From: Patescibacteria group bacterium
GTDB lineage: Bacteria; Patescibacteriota; Dojkabacteria; J137
Length of the DNA: 64,000 nucleotides
Assembly: GCA_016861265.1 (NCBI GenBank)
Contig: BOLA01000001.1
Coordinates: forward strand, 598,229-662,228
Reading direction: 5' to 3'
Positions 40,211 through 49,001 of the stretch are shown piece after piece. Below the pieces are notes generated by a model. That model was not told the DNA's origin and ran no database searches. It saw nothing but the letters and a program-made list of their open reading frames with translations. Positions within the stretch are counted from its first letter, which is position 1; the number at the start of each line of letters is the position of its first letter. Position numbers and translations under genes: made by a program.

Positions 40211-40315
40211 ATGACTAACGTAGATTACAAAAGAGCTGTTGATTTAAGAAAGAAACCCTTAAAAGAGCACTTGGCTTCATTTGCCGCTAGAATATTAGGT
40301 GTTCAGTATGCTTAA
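40211..40315 (+). CDS. Unannotated small protein, 34 aa (MTNVDYKRAVDLRKKPLKEHLASFAARILGVQYA)
   Basis: AT-rich leader like highly expressed genes here, favoured codons, followed by a terminator. Confidence 0.5.
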   Translation: MTNVDYKRAVDLRKKPLKEHLASFAARILGVQYA

Positions 40316-40341
40316 TTCCCGCTCTTTTAACTGTATTTACT

Positions 40342-40372
40342 AAAGTCCCGTTTTGCCAACGGGACTTTTTTT
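40342..40372. terminator. Intrinsic terminator
   Basis: AAAGTCCCGTT-TTGCC-AACGGGACTTTTTTT. Confidence 0.8.
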
Positions 40373-40823
40373 ATTTCTTCCAAAATTGCAATCTAGATCT
40401 CTTTGTTGATGCAACAATAATTACAATGATTGTTGTAAAAGCAAGCAGGGATAAAAATGGAATAGTTATAAAACCGAGATAGTTGATGTCTATTACGTCG
40501 CAAGGTTTAGCAGTAGAGGTGCAGGCAGAGAACTCCTTAAATAGCCCAAAAGTTTGCAATAGATAGTGATAAATCGCAAATATAAATCCTGGCACAGCTA
40601 TTGCTAATACATGGAGTTTTTGTAGTCTAGTTTTGAAAACAAGGCTAATTAAAGTTAATGCGAATAGTGGGTACATAAATATTCTTTGCCACCAACACAA
40701 ATAACAAGGCTCTATCAATAGAATATCGCTAAAATATAGACTTCCTAGTACAGCTGAGAAGGAAATTAAAAAGATAAAAACTATATAGTTTTTATCTAGA
40801 AACCTTTGGATTTTACTAATCAT
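40371..40823 (-). CDS. Disulfide bond formation protein B (DsbB/BdbC family)
   Basis: GSLYFS...PCYLCWWQRIFMYP, second Cys pair, GFITIP. Confidence 0.92.
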   Translation of the reverse strand: MISKIQRFLDKNYIVFIFLISFSAVLGSLYFSDILLIEPCYLCWWQRIFMYPLFALTLISLVFKTRLQKLHVLAIAVPGFIFAIYHYLLQTFGLFKEFSACTSTAKPCDVIDINYLGFITIPFLSLLAFTTIIVIIVASTKRSRLQFWKK

Positions 40824-40840
40824 AAAAATAAGGTAATTAA

Positions 40841-41191
40841 TTAAAGTTTTTTCTTCTTAATTGAATCCGCCGTAAGTACGCCTACTATTACAAAACTTAG
40901 TAATATAAGTAGTATTCCAATTATAATTAACATACCGCTTTGCCCTTCTAATTTTACCTGTTGGTTTATTATAGGCAGAGTAATTCTAGCTGTTTCCTGT
41001 TTCTCGGTGCTAACACCCATTACTTGCGGACCCGATACTACCTCCTCAATATTATTACTTTGTTTTGAATTTTCTATTAAGGCTATCGGGATTATAAACG
41101 CGAAGATAGTAATAAGTACAGCTGCAACTAGTGTAGTTAAATTAAGCTCAATCTTTAATTTTGGTAACTGACTGTAGATATTTTCCTCCAT
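40841..41191 (-). CDS. Two-TM hypothetical protein
   Basis: Two hydrophobic helices flanking QVMGVST. Confidence 0.55.
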   Translation of the reverse strand: MEENIYSQLPKLKIELNLTTLVAAVLITIFAFIIPIALIENSKQSNNIEEVVSGPQVMGVSTEKQETARITLPIINQQVKLEGQSGMLIIIGILLILLSFVIVGVLTADSIKKKKL

Positions 41192-41193
41192 TT

Positions 41194-42249
41194 TTATGGA
41201 TATAAATAAATACTTTCTTGATGTTCTGCGTATGTCTCCGAAAAGTATATATTTGCCTGTGCATCGTGCCTAAAATAGTAGTAACTTGACTGCTTAGGGT
41301 AAATTGCTGCAAAAATTGATAATACTCCTGGACTATTTATTGGTGTTGGCATTAGTCCTGCATACATATATGTATTATATGGATTATCAATCTGGGTCTC
41401 TTGTATAGTAGATCTAGGATCGTCTCTTCTAGTAAAGAAATTTATTGTTGCATCTGATTGGAGAGGCATACCATCTGCAATCCTATTATGGAACACACTT
41501 GAAATTAATCTTCTATCATCACTCCCTCCCGATTCTTTTTCGATTACCGAAGCTAGGATTAGTGCGTCATAAAAAGTGGGAGTTTCTGGGGTTGTATCTT
41601 TAGTATTAATTTCGTTTTCTTCTAATCTATTAATTAAGTTTCTAATCTGAGTATTAATAAATATTAGTGCGGTGGTATCGGCATCTAAATTGTATGTATC
41701 TGGAAACAAAAAACCTATCAGAGGTTTGTCAGAGGGTTTATTCAGGCTTAAGAATGTTTGAACGTCTTCATCGAAAGTATAGTTGGCCGGATTTTCGCTA
41801 ATCGCCAAGTACTCATTAGCTGAAAATTTTGAATCATCGCCTAATGCAGCAATTGCAGTATTAATAATGTCTGCGGCTTGATCAGGTCTCAATGCTTCCC
41901 GTAGTGTTACAGTGATTGAGGACTTGAATACTCCCGTTTCTAATTTTTGTATTAGTTCGGAAAATGTAAGATTTTTAGGAACAACGTATGTCCCAACCTT
42001 AATATTAGGGGAAAGATCGTTAACTCTTAGATAAATCTTTAGAGCCAATTCGCTTTTTATAAGACCCTTTTCTTCGAGCTCCTTAGAAATTGTATTTAGG
42101 TTATCACCTTCTTCTACAGTAATTTCTTCCGTTGCGGTGCTATCAGATGCAGGTGTATTTTCCATTCCTTTATACCAGCTATACGCCACAAATATTCCTC
42201 CTCCACAAAGTAGAATTACTATTAATACAACGGCTAAACAATTTTTCAT
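41194..42249 (-). CDS. mltG: Endolytic transglycosylase MltG
   Basis: GFLFPDTY, ASVIEKE, VFHNR, LQSDAT, NPYNTY..GL.PTPI.SPG. Confidence 0.94.
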   Translation of the reverse strand: MKNCLAVVLIVILLCGGGIFVAYSWYKGMENTPASDSTATEEITVEEGDNLNTISKELEEKGLIKSELALKIYLRVNDLSPNIKVGTYVVPKNLTFSELIQKLETGVFKSSITVTLREALRPDQAADIINTAIAALGDDSKFSANEYLAISENPANYTFDEDVQTFLSLNKPSDKPLIGFLFPDTYNLDADTTALIFINTQIRNLINRLEENEINTKDTTPETPTFYDALILASVIEKESGGSDDRRLISSVFHNRIADGMPLQSDATINFFTRRDDPRSTIQETQIDNPYNTYMYAGLMPTPINSPGVLSIFAAIYPKQSSYYYFRHDAQANIYFSETYAEHQESIYLYP

Positions 42250-42641
42250 TATAAATTCTTAAAATCTAAATATTCCTGGAGTATTATTCTAGCAGATTCA
42301 CTGTCTAGTTTCCCCGATTTATCCTTCTTCACAAACTGTGATGCAGCAATGCTTGTCATTACCTCATTCCATAAAACGACTTCCTTGTTAAATTGAGTCT
42401 TTATTGAATTAGCAAACTTCTTAACATTTTCTGACATTTGAGTTGGCTTATCGTCGTACCCCAGTGGAATACCAATTATTATAAAACTGGGATTGTACTT
42501 GTTAAAAAGCGCAGCTATATTCCCGAATAATTCATTCTCTTCTTTGTATACTATGGGGCTTGTAGCAACTGCGATCTTTTCTGTATCGTCGCTTAAGGCT
42601 ACACCTAATCTTTTTGTCCCGTAATCAAAGCCAATTATCAT
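42249..42641 (-). CDS. ruvX: Holliday-junction-resolvase-like / pre-16S rRNA nuclease YqgF
   Basis: GFDYGTKRLGVALSD, WNE.MTS, DSESA.IILQ.YL. Confidence 0.93.
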   Translation of the reverse strand: MIIGFDYGTKRLGVALSDDTEKIAVATSPIVYKEENELFGNIAALFNKYNPSFIIIGIPLGYDDKPTQMSENVKKFANSIKTQFNKEVVLWNEVMTSIAASQFVKKDKSGKLDSESARIILQEYLDFKNL

Positions 42642-42702
42642 GTAATAAATATGTAAGAAAATGGGTCTAATATATTAATAATAATATAACACAAATACTA
42701 TA

Positions 42703-43422
42703 TTGAGCCTTGCTATTTTTGATTTCATAAACACAGCTTTTTTGCCTGAATACTGTATAACTTGCAACAAGTTTGGGAGCTATATTTGCAAAAATTGTCT
42801 TAAGACAAAGTATAGAGTTAATTTTAGAAATGTCTGTCATGTGTGTGGCCGAAATAGCTTTAAACTCCGTTTACACAAAGACTGTATTGACTATTCTAAT
42901 CTCGACAACTTATATTTCTTTTGTGAATATAACTTTGCAGCGAAAGAATTAATTGAGACTATAAAATACAGTGGTAATTATGCTATTTTGAATACTTTAT
43001 CGTGGCATATGGCAAAATATATAAAAATGGTTTGCCCTGAGTACAAAAAGTTCCAGTTTACTTATGTTCCATCGCATTGGACAAAACAGAATATTCGAGG
43101 TTTTAACCAATCGCAGCTATTAGCAAAGGATATAGCTAAGCTATTAGAAGTAGAACTATGTGATGTACTTATAAAAAACAAAGCGACAAGTAAGCAAGCC
43201 GGAACAAACAAAAGTCAAAGAAGTAGAAACCTTAAAGGTAAGTTTGCAATAAAAAAAGATATCGTATCAAGAAATGTTATGATTATAGATGATGTTCATA
43301 CTACAGGGGCAACTCTTAATGAATGTGCGGCAATTCTCAAGTCAAATGGTGCCGAAATTGTTTATGGATATGCGTTTTCTAAGTCTTTGAATTACTCTCA
43401 AAACACCATAGAATACCGTTAA
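42703..43422 (+). CDS. comF: ComF family phosphoribosyltransferase-like competence protein
   Basis: N-terminal Cys pairs, RGFNQS, IIDDVHTTGATL. Confidence 0.9.
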   Translation: MSLAIFDFINTAFLPEYCITCNKFGSYICKNCLKTKYRVNFRNVCHVCGRNSFKLRLHKDCIDYSNLDNLYFFCEYNFAAKELIETIKYSGNYAILNTLSWHMAKYIKMVCPEYKKFQFTYVPSHWTKQNIRGFNQSQLLAKDIAKLLEVELCDVLIKNKATSKQAGTNKSQRSRNLKGKFAIKKDIVSRNVMIIDDVHTTGATLNECAAILKSNGAEIVYGYAFSKSLNYSQNTIEYR

Positions 43423-43476
43423 CTGTGGTATAATATTATTAGGCATTCGCTAATAGTACAAAACTTTGTGTTGTAA

Positions 43477-43928
43477 GGGGATGCTTTTTAGACAGTAAAC
43501 CTGCATATTAAAAATCAAGTCGGAATTTAGATTATTTGTTCCGTAAAAATAAGTAATCACCAGTAATGGTAAATGACTATAAACGTCAATCAAATTAAAA
43601 CAGCTGTATCAAACGCAGTTGCTAATGTAAAGGCAGCTTTTGCTCCTCAATACAACCTAGCATTTGCTTAATTTGAGCAGTCGTTAATCGAAAAAAAGAG
43701 TAGATTAACCGTTTTTTAATTTCTCTTCCAGTGGAAATTACTAAACGACACTTAGCTGGAACGCAAAATTTATTCTTAGTTTACGAATAGATTCCAAGTT
43801 TAGGTAGACTAGAGTATTTGGTGTTTTGCTAGTTTTAAGCCTTTTACTCTTAAACAAAAACTTGTCTAAGCTTGTAAGAACTTTTAATGTGAGATTTGTT
43901 GGACAGGGATTATCCCTCATCTCCACCA
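43477..43928 (+). ncRNA. ssrA: tmRNA
   Basis: Acceptor stem GGGGATG/CATCTCC-ACCA with G3:U; helix 2 pairings CAGTAAA/TTTGTTG, CATATTAAAA/TTTTAATGTG, CAAG/CTTG; tag ORF 43585-43671 ending YNLAFA; extended -10 TGGTATAAT upstream. Confidence 0.93.
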
Positions 43929-43967
43929 AAAGGGCATCTTTAATTTTATTAAAGGTGCCCTTTTTTG
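43929..43967 (+). terminator. Terminator of ssrA
   Basis: AAAGGGCATCTTTAAT...ATTAAAGGTGCCCTTTTTT. Confidence 0.85.
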
Positions 43968-44002
43968 TTATCATTGATGTGCATCTAAATTTAATACAAC
44001 AT

Positions 44003-44887
44003 ATGGACATAACTATCACCCTTTTATATCAGCCAATTTTCAACTTAATAGTCGTTTTTTATAGATTCTTTGGAGAGAACTTGGGTGTCGCAATTATCCT
44101 AATTGCCTTACTTTCCAGACTAATAACTGTACCAATTCTTGTAAAGCAACGAAAATCAATGGTTAAAAACCGTGAATTTACAGAAAAAAGAAAAGAATTA
44201 GAGAAAAAACACAAAAATAATAAAGAAGTATTAGATAAAGAAATGATGGCTTTGAATTCTGAATATCTGCCCGGACAATTAGCAGGTTGTCTTCCTATTA
44301 TTCTGCAGCTAATCTTCTTTATTAATGTTTACCAGGTTATTACTAACCTAATTATGCATGGAGCAGAGGCATTTAATAGTTTAGCCTATCCTGCAGTCGG
44401 CCAATTTCCAAGCGGATATCAGTTAAATTATTCATTCTTAGGAATCTTCGATTTAGGTAAAGCTCCTGCAAATTTCTCTAGCGATGGATTAGTCTTCTTG
44501 CCTTATTTAATTCTAATGATTCTAGTAGGTATTACACAGTATTACTCAATGAAGATTACAATGAACATGAGTAAAACAAGTACTACAGAGAATAAGACTA
44601 AGTCAAAGGAAGATAAGAAGAAGGACAAAAGTAAATCTAATCCTGCCTCTGAGGACTTTGCTGAGATTTTGCAGCAATCAACACAACAAACAATGCTATT
44701 ATTTCCTGTTCTTTATACATTCCTTTCGTATAACTTCCAAGCTGGGTTGGCAATATACTGGATTGTTCAGAGTGGTTTTGTTATAATCCAACAGTTCTAT
44801 ATTTCGTGGTTAGATAGGCGTGCAAAGGCAAAGGAGCAAGACTTGGTTCAGCCTGAAGCAATAACTGTAAATGTAAGACCAAAGTAA
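44003..44887 (+). CDS. yidC: Membrane protein insertase YidC/Oxa1 (short form)
   Basis: G.AII....L.RLI..P, GCLPIILQ, AGLAIYW; real start at ATG 44003 because the upstream extension overlaps tmRNA. Confidence 0.92.
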   Translation: MDITITLLYQPIFNLIVVFYRFFGENLGVAIILIALLSRLITVPILVKQRKSMVKNREFTEKRKELEKKHKNNKEVLDKEMMALNSEYLPGQLAGCLPIILQLIFFINVYQVITNLIMHGAEAFNSLAYPAVGQFPSGYQLNYSFLGIFDLGKAPANFSSDGLVFLPYLILMILVGITQYYSMKITMNMSKTSTTENKTKSKEDKKKDKSKSNPASEDFAEILQQSTQQTMLLFPVLYTFLSYNFQAGLAIYWIVQSGFVIIQQFYISWLDRRAKAKEQDLVQPEAITVNVRPK

Positions 44888-44906
44888 TATTTTTATTCAA
44901 TAATTT

Positions 44907-45581
44907 ATGAAGCTACAAGCAAATAAAAGGGAGATAACCGGGAAAAAGGTGAAAAACCTAAGAAGCGAAGGCTTAACCCCAGCATCAGTTTTCGGCCCTA
45001 CAAAAAAATCCGAAAACATACAGATTAACAAAAAAGATTTCATTAAACTTTTCAAGAATGTTGGTTACAACAAATTCTTTGACTTAGTTATTGATGAAGA
45101 AAAACCCGTAAAAGTATTAGTAAAAGAAATTCAAAAACACCCTGTAAACGACAATCTAATTTCAGTTGGTCTATACCAGGTTGATGAAAATAGAAAGATT
45201 ACTGTAGAAGTTCCAGTTACATTTACTGGCGAAGCTCCAGCAGTGAAGTTAAACCTAGGATTCTTAATTACAAACATGGACTCAATTGCAGTTCACTGTT
45301 TCCCAAAAGACTTGCCATCCGGATTCGATGTTGATATTTCTACACTTGAAAATCCAGGTGATGCAATAACTGTGGGTGATATCAAATTACCTGAAGATGT
45401 TGAATTAGACAGCGATATGGATGCAACTTCAGCAGTTGTATACATTGGTACAGCACAAAAAGAAGAAGAAGTTAAACCTGAGGAACCAGCAGAAGGTGAG
45501 CCAGCAGTAACACCAGAAGCAGCAGCAAAGGCAGCAGCAGAAGCTGAAAAAGAAAAAGAGAAAGCAGCTGCAAATAGTTAA
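44907..45581 (+). CDS. rplY: 50S ribosomal protein L25/Ctc
   Basis: KLQANKREITGK.VK.LR.EG.TPA.VFG, KEIQKHPV, VEVPV.F.GE.PAVK. Confidence 0.95.
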   Translation: MKLQANKREITGKKVKNLRSEGLTPASVFGPTKKSENIQINKKDFIKLFKNVGYNKFFDLVIDEEKPVKVLVKEIQKHPVNDNLISVGLYQVDENRKITVEVPVTFTGEAPAVKLNLGFLITNMDSIAVHCFPKDLPSGFDVDISTLENPGDAITVGDIKLPEDVELDSDMDATSAVVYIGTAQKEEEVKPEEPAEGEPAVTPEAAAKAAAEAEKEKEKAAANS

Positions 45582-45597
45582 TTCTATGTAAAAGTTT

Positions 45598-45624
45598 AAA
45601 AGCCCTCCGTAAGGAGGGCTTTTT
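45598..45624 (+). terminator. Terminator of rplY
   Basis: AAAAGCCCTCC-GTAA-GGAGGGCTTTTT. Confidence 0.88.
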
Positions 45625-45646
45625 CTTTGCAATTTGCTATGCAATA

Positions 45647-47002
45647 ATGCTAAAAGATTATTATGAATTGTTTATGGATCAGAATTTAACTCCTACACAG
45701 CCAAATACTAACCCTGTTAGTGATATACAGCCACATTTGCCGTTGGCATCTGCACCTTCTCCTGTGCAGCCTGCTGCACAAGCTCAACAGTCCGCAGTAA
45801 TACCGAGTACAGAGCCAATAACGGTTTCGAATAAGCCAACACAGAATCAATTAGATGAGGCGGCGCAGGGGGCCGATGCTTACGATATGAATGTATTCGA
45901 TGAAATTACACTTTTAAAGAAAAAAGTGGCAGAGGCAAACTTACCTCAAGCATTAAGAGAGAAGGCACAAGGTATGATTTTAAGATTGGTAAAAATGTCT
46001 CAAAAGGGAAATTTTTCCGCTGAATTTGAACCTGTCTCTGAATACATTAATTGGATAATTAAAATTCCCTTTGGACAATACACCCAAGACAACATTGAGA
46101 TTGATACTGTAAAAGCTACACTTGATAAGTACAATTATGGTCTTGAGCCGGTGAAAAATAGAATACTAGAGTATTTAGCGGTATTAAAGTTACAAAATAA
46201 AACTAATATTCAGGTCGAAACTAGCGAATTAAGTATATCCGATGAAATGAAGAGACTCCAGGGTAATTCTTCTCATGCACCAATTCTTTGTTTTGTGGGA
46301 ATTCAAGGGGTAGGTAAAACGTCTATAGCTAAGGCTATTGCCACAGCATTGGATAGAAAGTTTATGAGATTGGCTTTAGGAGGAATGGGTAATGTAACAG
46401 AAATTAGAGGAATTCCCAGGGGTAGCGAAGGAGCAGAGCCAGGTCAAATAATAAAATCATTAGTGCGAACTGGAGTAATGAATCCTTTGATTCTACTGGA
46501 CGAAATTGACAAAACAAGTTCTCAGAGTGGCGTTAGGACAGATGTCATGGCAGCTTTGCTTGAAATTTTAGATCCGGAGCAGAACTCGACATTCTCTGAT
46601 AAATATTTAGATTACCCAATAGATCTATCTAAATGTATATTTATTTGTACGGCAAATAACTTAGGAGGAATCACGGCTGCTTTGCTAGACCGTCTTGAAG
46701 TTATACGTTTCGGCAGTTATACCGACAGTGATAAAGTTATGATCGCTAAAAATTATCTACTGCCAAAAGTTCGTGAGGCTACAGGGTTGGGAGAAGATCA
46801 GTTAGCCTTTGCAGATGACGTATGGCCTACAGTAATTAGACCTCTGGGCTTTGACGCGGGAGTTAGACAACTGGAAAGAACTTTAACAGAACTAGCAAGA
46901 AAAGTGGCATTGCAAATTGTTAGGGGCACAGCTAAAAGTGTAACAATTACGAAGGAAAATTTTAGAGAGTTTATTCCAGAAGATATTGGAGTTTATTCAT
47001 AA
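45647..47002 (+). CDS. Lon-type AAA+ ATPase lacking the protease domain
   Basis: YGLEPVKNRILEYLAV, GIQGVGKT, LLDEIDK, LLEILDPEQN, LLDRLEVI, AGVRQLER; ORF ends before the Ser-Lys domain. Confidence 0.88.
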   Translation: MLKDYYELFMDQNLTPTQPNTNPVSDIQPHLPLASAPSPVQPAAQAQQSAVIPSTEPITVSNKPTQNQLDEAAQGADAYDMNVFDEITLLKKKVAEANLPQALREKAQGMILRLVKMSQKGNFSAEFEPVSEYINWIIKIPFGQYTQDNIEIDTVKATLDKYNYGLEPVKNRILEYLAVLKLQNKTNIQVETSELSISDEMKRLQGNSSHAPILCFVGIQGVGKTSIAKAIATALDRKFMRLALGGMGNVTEIRGIPRGSEGAEPGQIIKSLVRTGVMNPLILLDEIDKTSSQSGVRTDVMAALLEILDPEQNSTFSDKYLDYPIDLSKCIFICTANNLGGITAALLDRLEVIRFGSYTDSDKVMIAKNYLLPKVREATGLGEDQLAFADDVWPTVIRPLGFDAGVRQLERTLTELARKVALQIVRGTAKSVTITKENFREFIPEDIGVYS

Positions 47003-47027
47003 AAAAAGAGCCTTTCGGCTCTTTTTT
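47002..47027. terminator. Bidirectional terminator
   Basis: AAAAAAGAGCC-TTTC-GGCTCTTTTTT. Confidence 0.85.
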
Positions 47028-47041
47028 ATAGGTCTTGCTTA

Positions 47042-47623
47042 TTAAGCACTTAAATAGTTTTTATAATCCTTGTCCTTTTTCATCATTTGTTCTAATGCAT
47101 TTCTAACAATCTGAGCCTTATGCATTCTCTTTGTTGTAGAAGACCAATCTAGGTATCTATCAATTTCAGGAGAAATGATTAAGATGAATTTAGAGTCTAG
47201 TCTCTTAGCGGCTTCTTTAACAGATTCTTCAATTACTGCAGTTATATTGTCCTTATGATATTTAGTGTGTAACAAGTTCTTAGATTTATTTCCATGAACA
47301 ATAGGGTTTACTTTATCAACTGCATGTTCACTTTCAAGGGCTATAACAAACTTCTTTTCGTTGAATGCTTTTGCAATTTCATAACCAACTTTGCTGTCGG
47401 ATTTTGAAACCTCTGCAATAACTATGTCAGTATCTTTTAAAGATTTGTCTGAATGAGAAAATAATTTTTCTGCATTTTCCTTAGATTTTGCATTATGCCC
47501 AGTTGTATCAACAACATTGTGACCTAGTTTTTTTAGATGGCCTACGCCGTCCATGAATGCCTTCATGTCCTTTTCATCAAAGTCCAATGGCAATGACACA
47601 TATATTTTCATTAAATTCTTCAA
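47042..47623 (-). CDS. Nucleoside 2'-deoxyribosyltransferase-like domain plus C-terminal ribbon-helix-helix-like domain
   Basis: MKIYVS, DIVIAEVS..DSKVGYEI..A; C-terminal KFILIISPEIDRYL..S....HKAQIVRNAL. Confidence 0.65.
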   Translation of the reverse strand: MKNLMKIYVSLPLDFDEKDMKAFMDGVGHLKKLGHNVVDTTGHNAKSKENAEKLFSHSDKSLKDTDIVIAEVSKSDSKVGYEIAKAFNEKKFVIALESEHAVDKVNPIVHGNKSKNLLHTKYHKDNITAVIEESVKEAAKRLDSKFILIISPEIDRYLDWSSTTKRMHKAQIVRNALEQMMKKDKDYKNYLSA

Positions 47624-47762
47624 TAAAATTTATATATAGGAATTATATCATCACTTTGTTACATATGTAAACACTTTCCTTATAAAATAAGGCTAGTAGC
47701 CTCTAATGTACAATGTAAGGATTTCTGGTATATTGTTATAGAATTATTCAAAATTATCAAAA

Positions 47763-48986
47763 ATGTTTGGAAATAATAGAAATAAGAAAATAGTGAGCAG
47801 AAGCTCAAACTATCATTTGGCCATCGATATCGGTACTGAATTCGTTAAATCTGCTGTATTTAAAGAAGAGGATAACGAAGTTATTATATTGGGCTACAGT
47901 AGAATAAAACAAAGAGAGTCATCAATGTATGCGGCATTTATAATTAATTTGCAGGCGGTTATTGAGGCATGCGACAGAGGAGTTGGGGAAGCAGTTGCTC
48001 AGGCAATGGAAAAAGAGGGAGATAAATTTGTAATTCCTAACGATGTAATTATAGGTATTGCCGGTGAGTTGGTTCACGGAGTAACAATTATGGTTAATGT
48101 GGAAAGAGACAATCACGAAGCTAAGATTACACAAAAGGAGATCGACAAATTCGTAGAAAAAGTAAAAAAGTATACATTTTCTAGTACAGTGGAAGAAATC
48201 TCGCGAGAAATGGGGTTAAAAGCAAGTCAAGTTATAGAAGTAAATACAACCATTAACAGTGTTTATATTGATGGAATGAAGGTTATAAACCCATTAGGTT
48301 ATTCCGGTAACGAATTAGTTTATAAGGTATTTTCAACATTTGCACCCAAGATTCATTTAGATTCAATTAACCAAGTAGCCGATGCTTTAAATTTAAGATT
48401 AAGCAAGATTGTAGTAGAGCCCTATTCACTAGCGGTAGGCTTAAGAAATATGAAAGATCAAGATGCAAATGCCATAATTATTGATGTCGGAGGTGGTACT
48501 ACCGACGTTGCGTTGGTGAGCAATGGAGATATTATAGGTACAAAAATGTTTGCCATTGGCGGTAAGGTTTTTACAAAGAGAGTGCAGAGGGAGCTTGGCG
48601 TTGATTATGAAGAAGCTGAAAAAATAAAAATAGATTACTCGAATGGTGCTGTTTCCAAAGATGTCGACCTTAAATTAAGTAAAGCTTTTGAGATGGATAT
48701 TTCAACCTGGTTAACCGGAGTTGAAATAGCTTTAGAAAGTTTTAACGATGTAAAAGAGTATCCAAGTCAGATTTATATTTGCGGTGGTGGAGCATTGCTG
48801 CCTGAAATTCAGGAGGGTCTAATGACTTACCCATGGCTACAGACCTTGAATTTTAAAAAGTTTCCAAAAGTGAGCTTTATATTCCCTAATGCGTTGAGTA
48901 GTGTTTTGGATAAAACTAAGAGTGCTACTTTACCTATGGATGTAACTCCGCTAGCATTAGCTAGAATGCATTTAGAAAATTTATAA
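47763..48986 (+). CDS. FtsA/PilM-like actin-fold ATPase (second copy)
   Basis: AIDIGTEFVK, VEPY, IDVGGGTTD, AEKIK, CGGGA.LP. Confidence 0.85.
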   Translation: MFGNNRNKKIVSRSSNYHLAIDIGTEFVKSAVFKEEDNEVIILGYSRIKQRESSMYAAFIINLQAVIEACDRGVGEAVAQAMEKEGDKFVIPNDVIIGIAGELVHGVTIMVNVERDNHEAKITQKEIDKFVEKVKKYTFSSTVEEISREMGLKASQVIEVNTTINSVYIDGMKVINPLGYSGNELVYKVFSTFAPKIHLDSINQVADALNLRLSKIVVEPYSLAVGLRNMKDQDANAIIIDVGGGTTDVALVSNGDIIGTKMFAIGGKVFTKRVQRELGVDYEEAEKIKIDYSNGAVSKDVDLKLSKAFEMDISTWLTGVEIALESFNDVKEYPSQIYICGGGALLPEIQEGLMTYPWLQTLNFKKFPKVSFIFPNALSSVLDKTKSATLPMDVTPLALARMHLENL

Positions 48987-49001
48987 ATTAATTTTAATAA
49001 A

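Noticed and set aside
43573-43671. Independent small ORF starting at ATG 43573
   Set aside because: It is the tmRNA tag reading frame; the in-frame ATG is probably incidental.
43826-44002. N-terminal extension of yidC in the ORF track, and antisense ORF 43741..44019
   Set aside because: Both overlap the tmRNA 3' end and its terminator; ATG 44003 is the plausible start.
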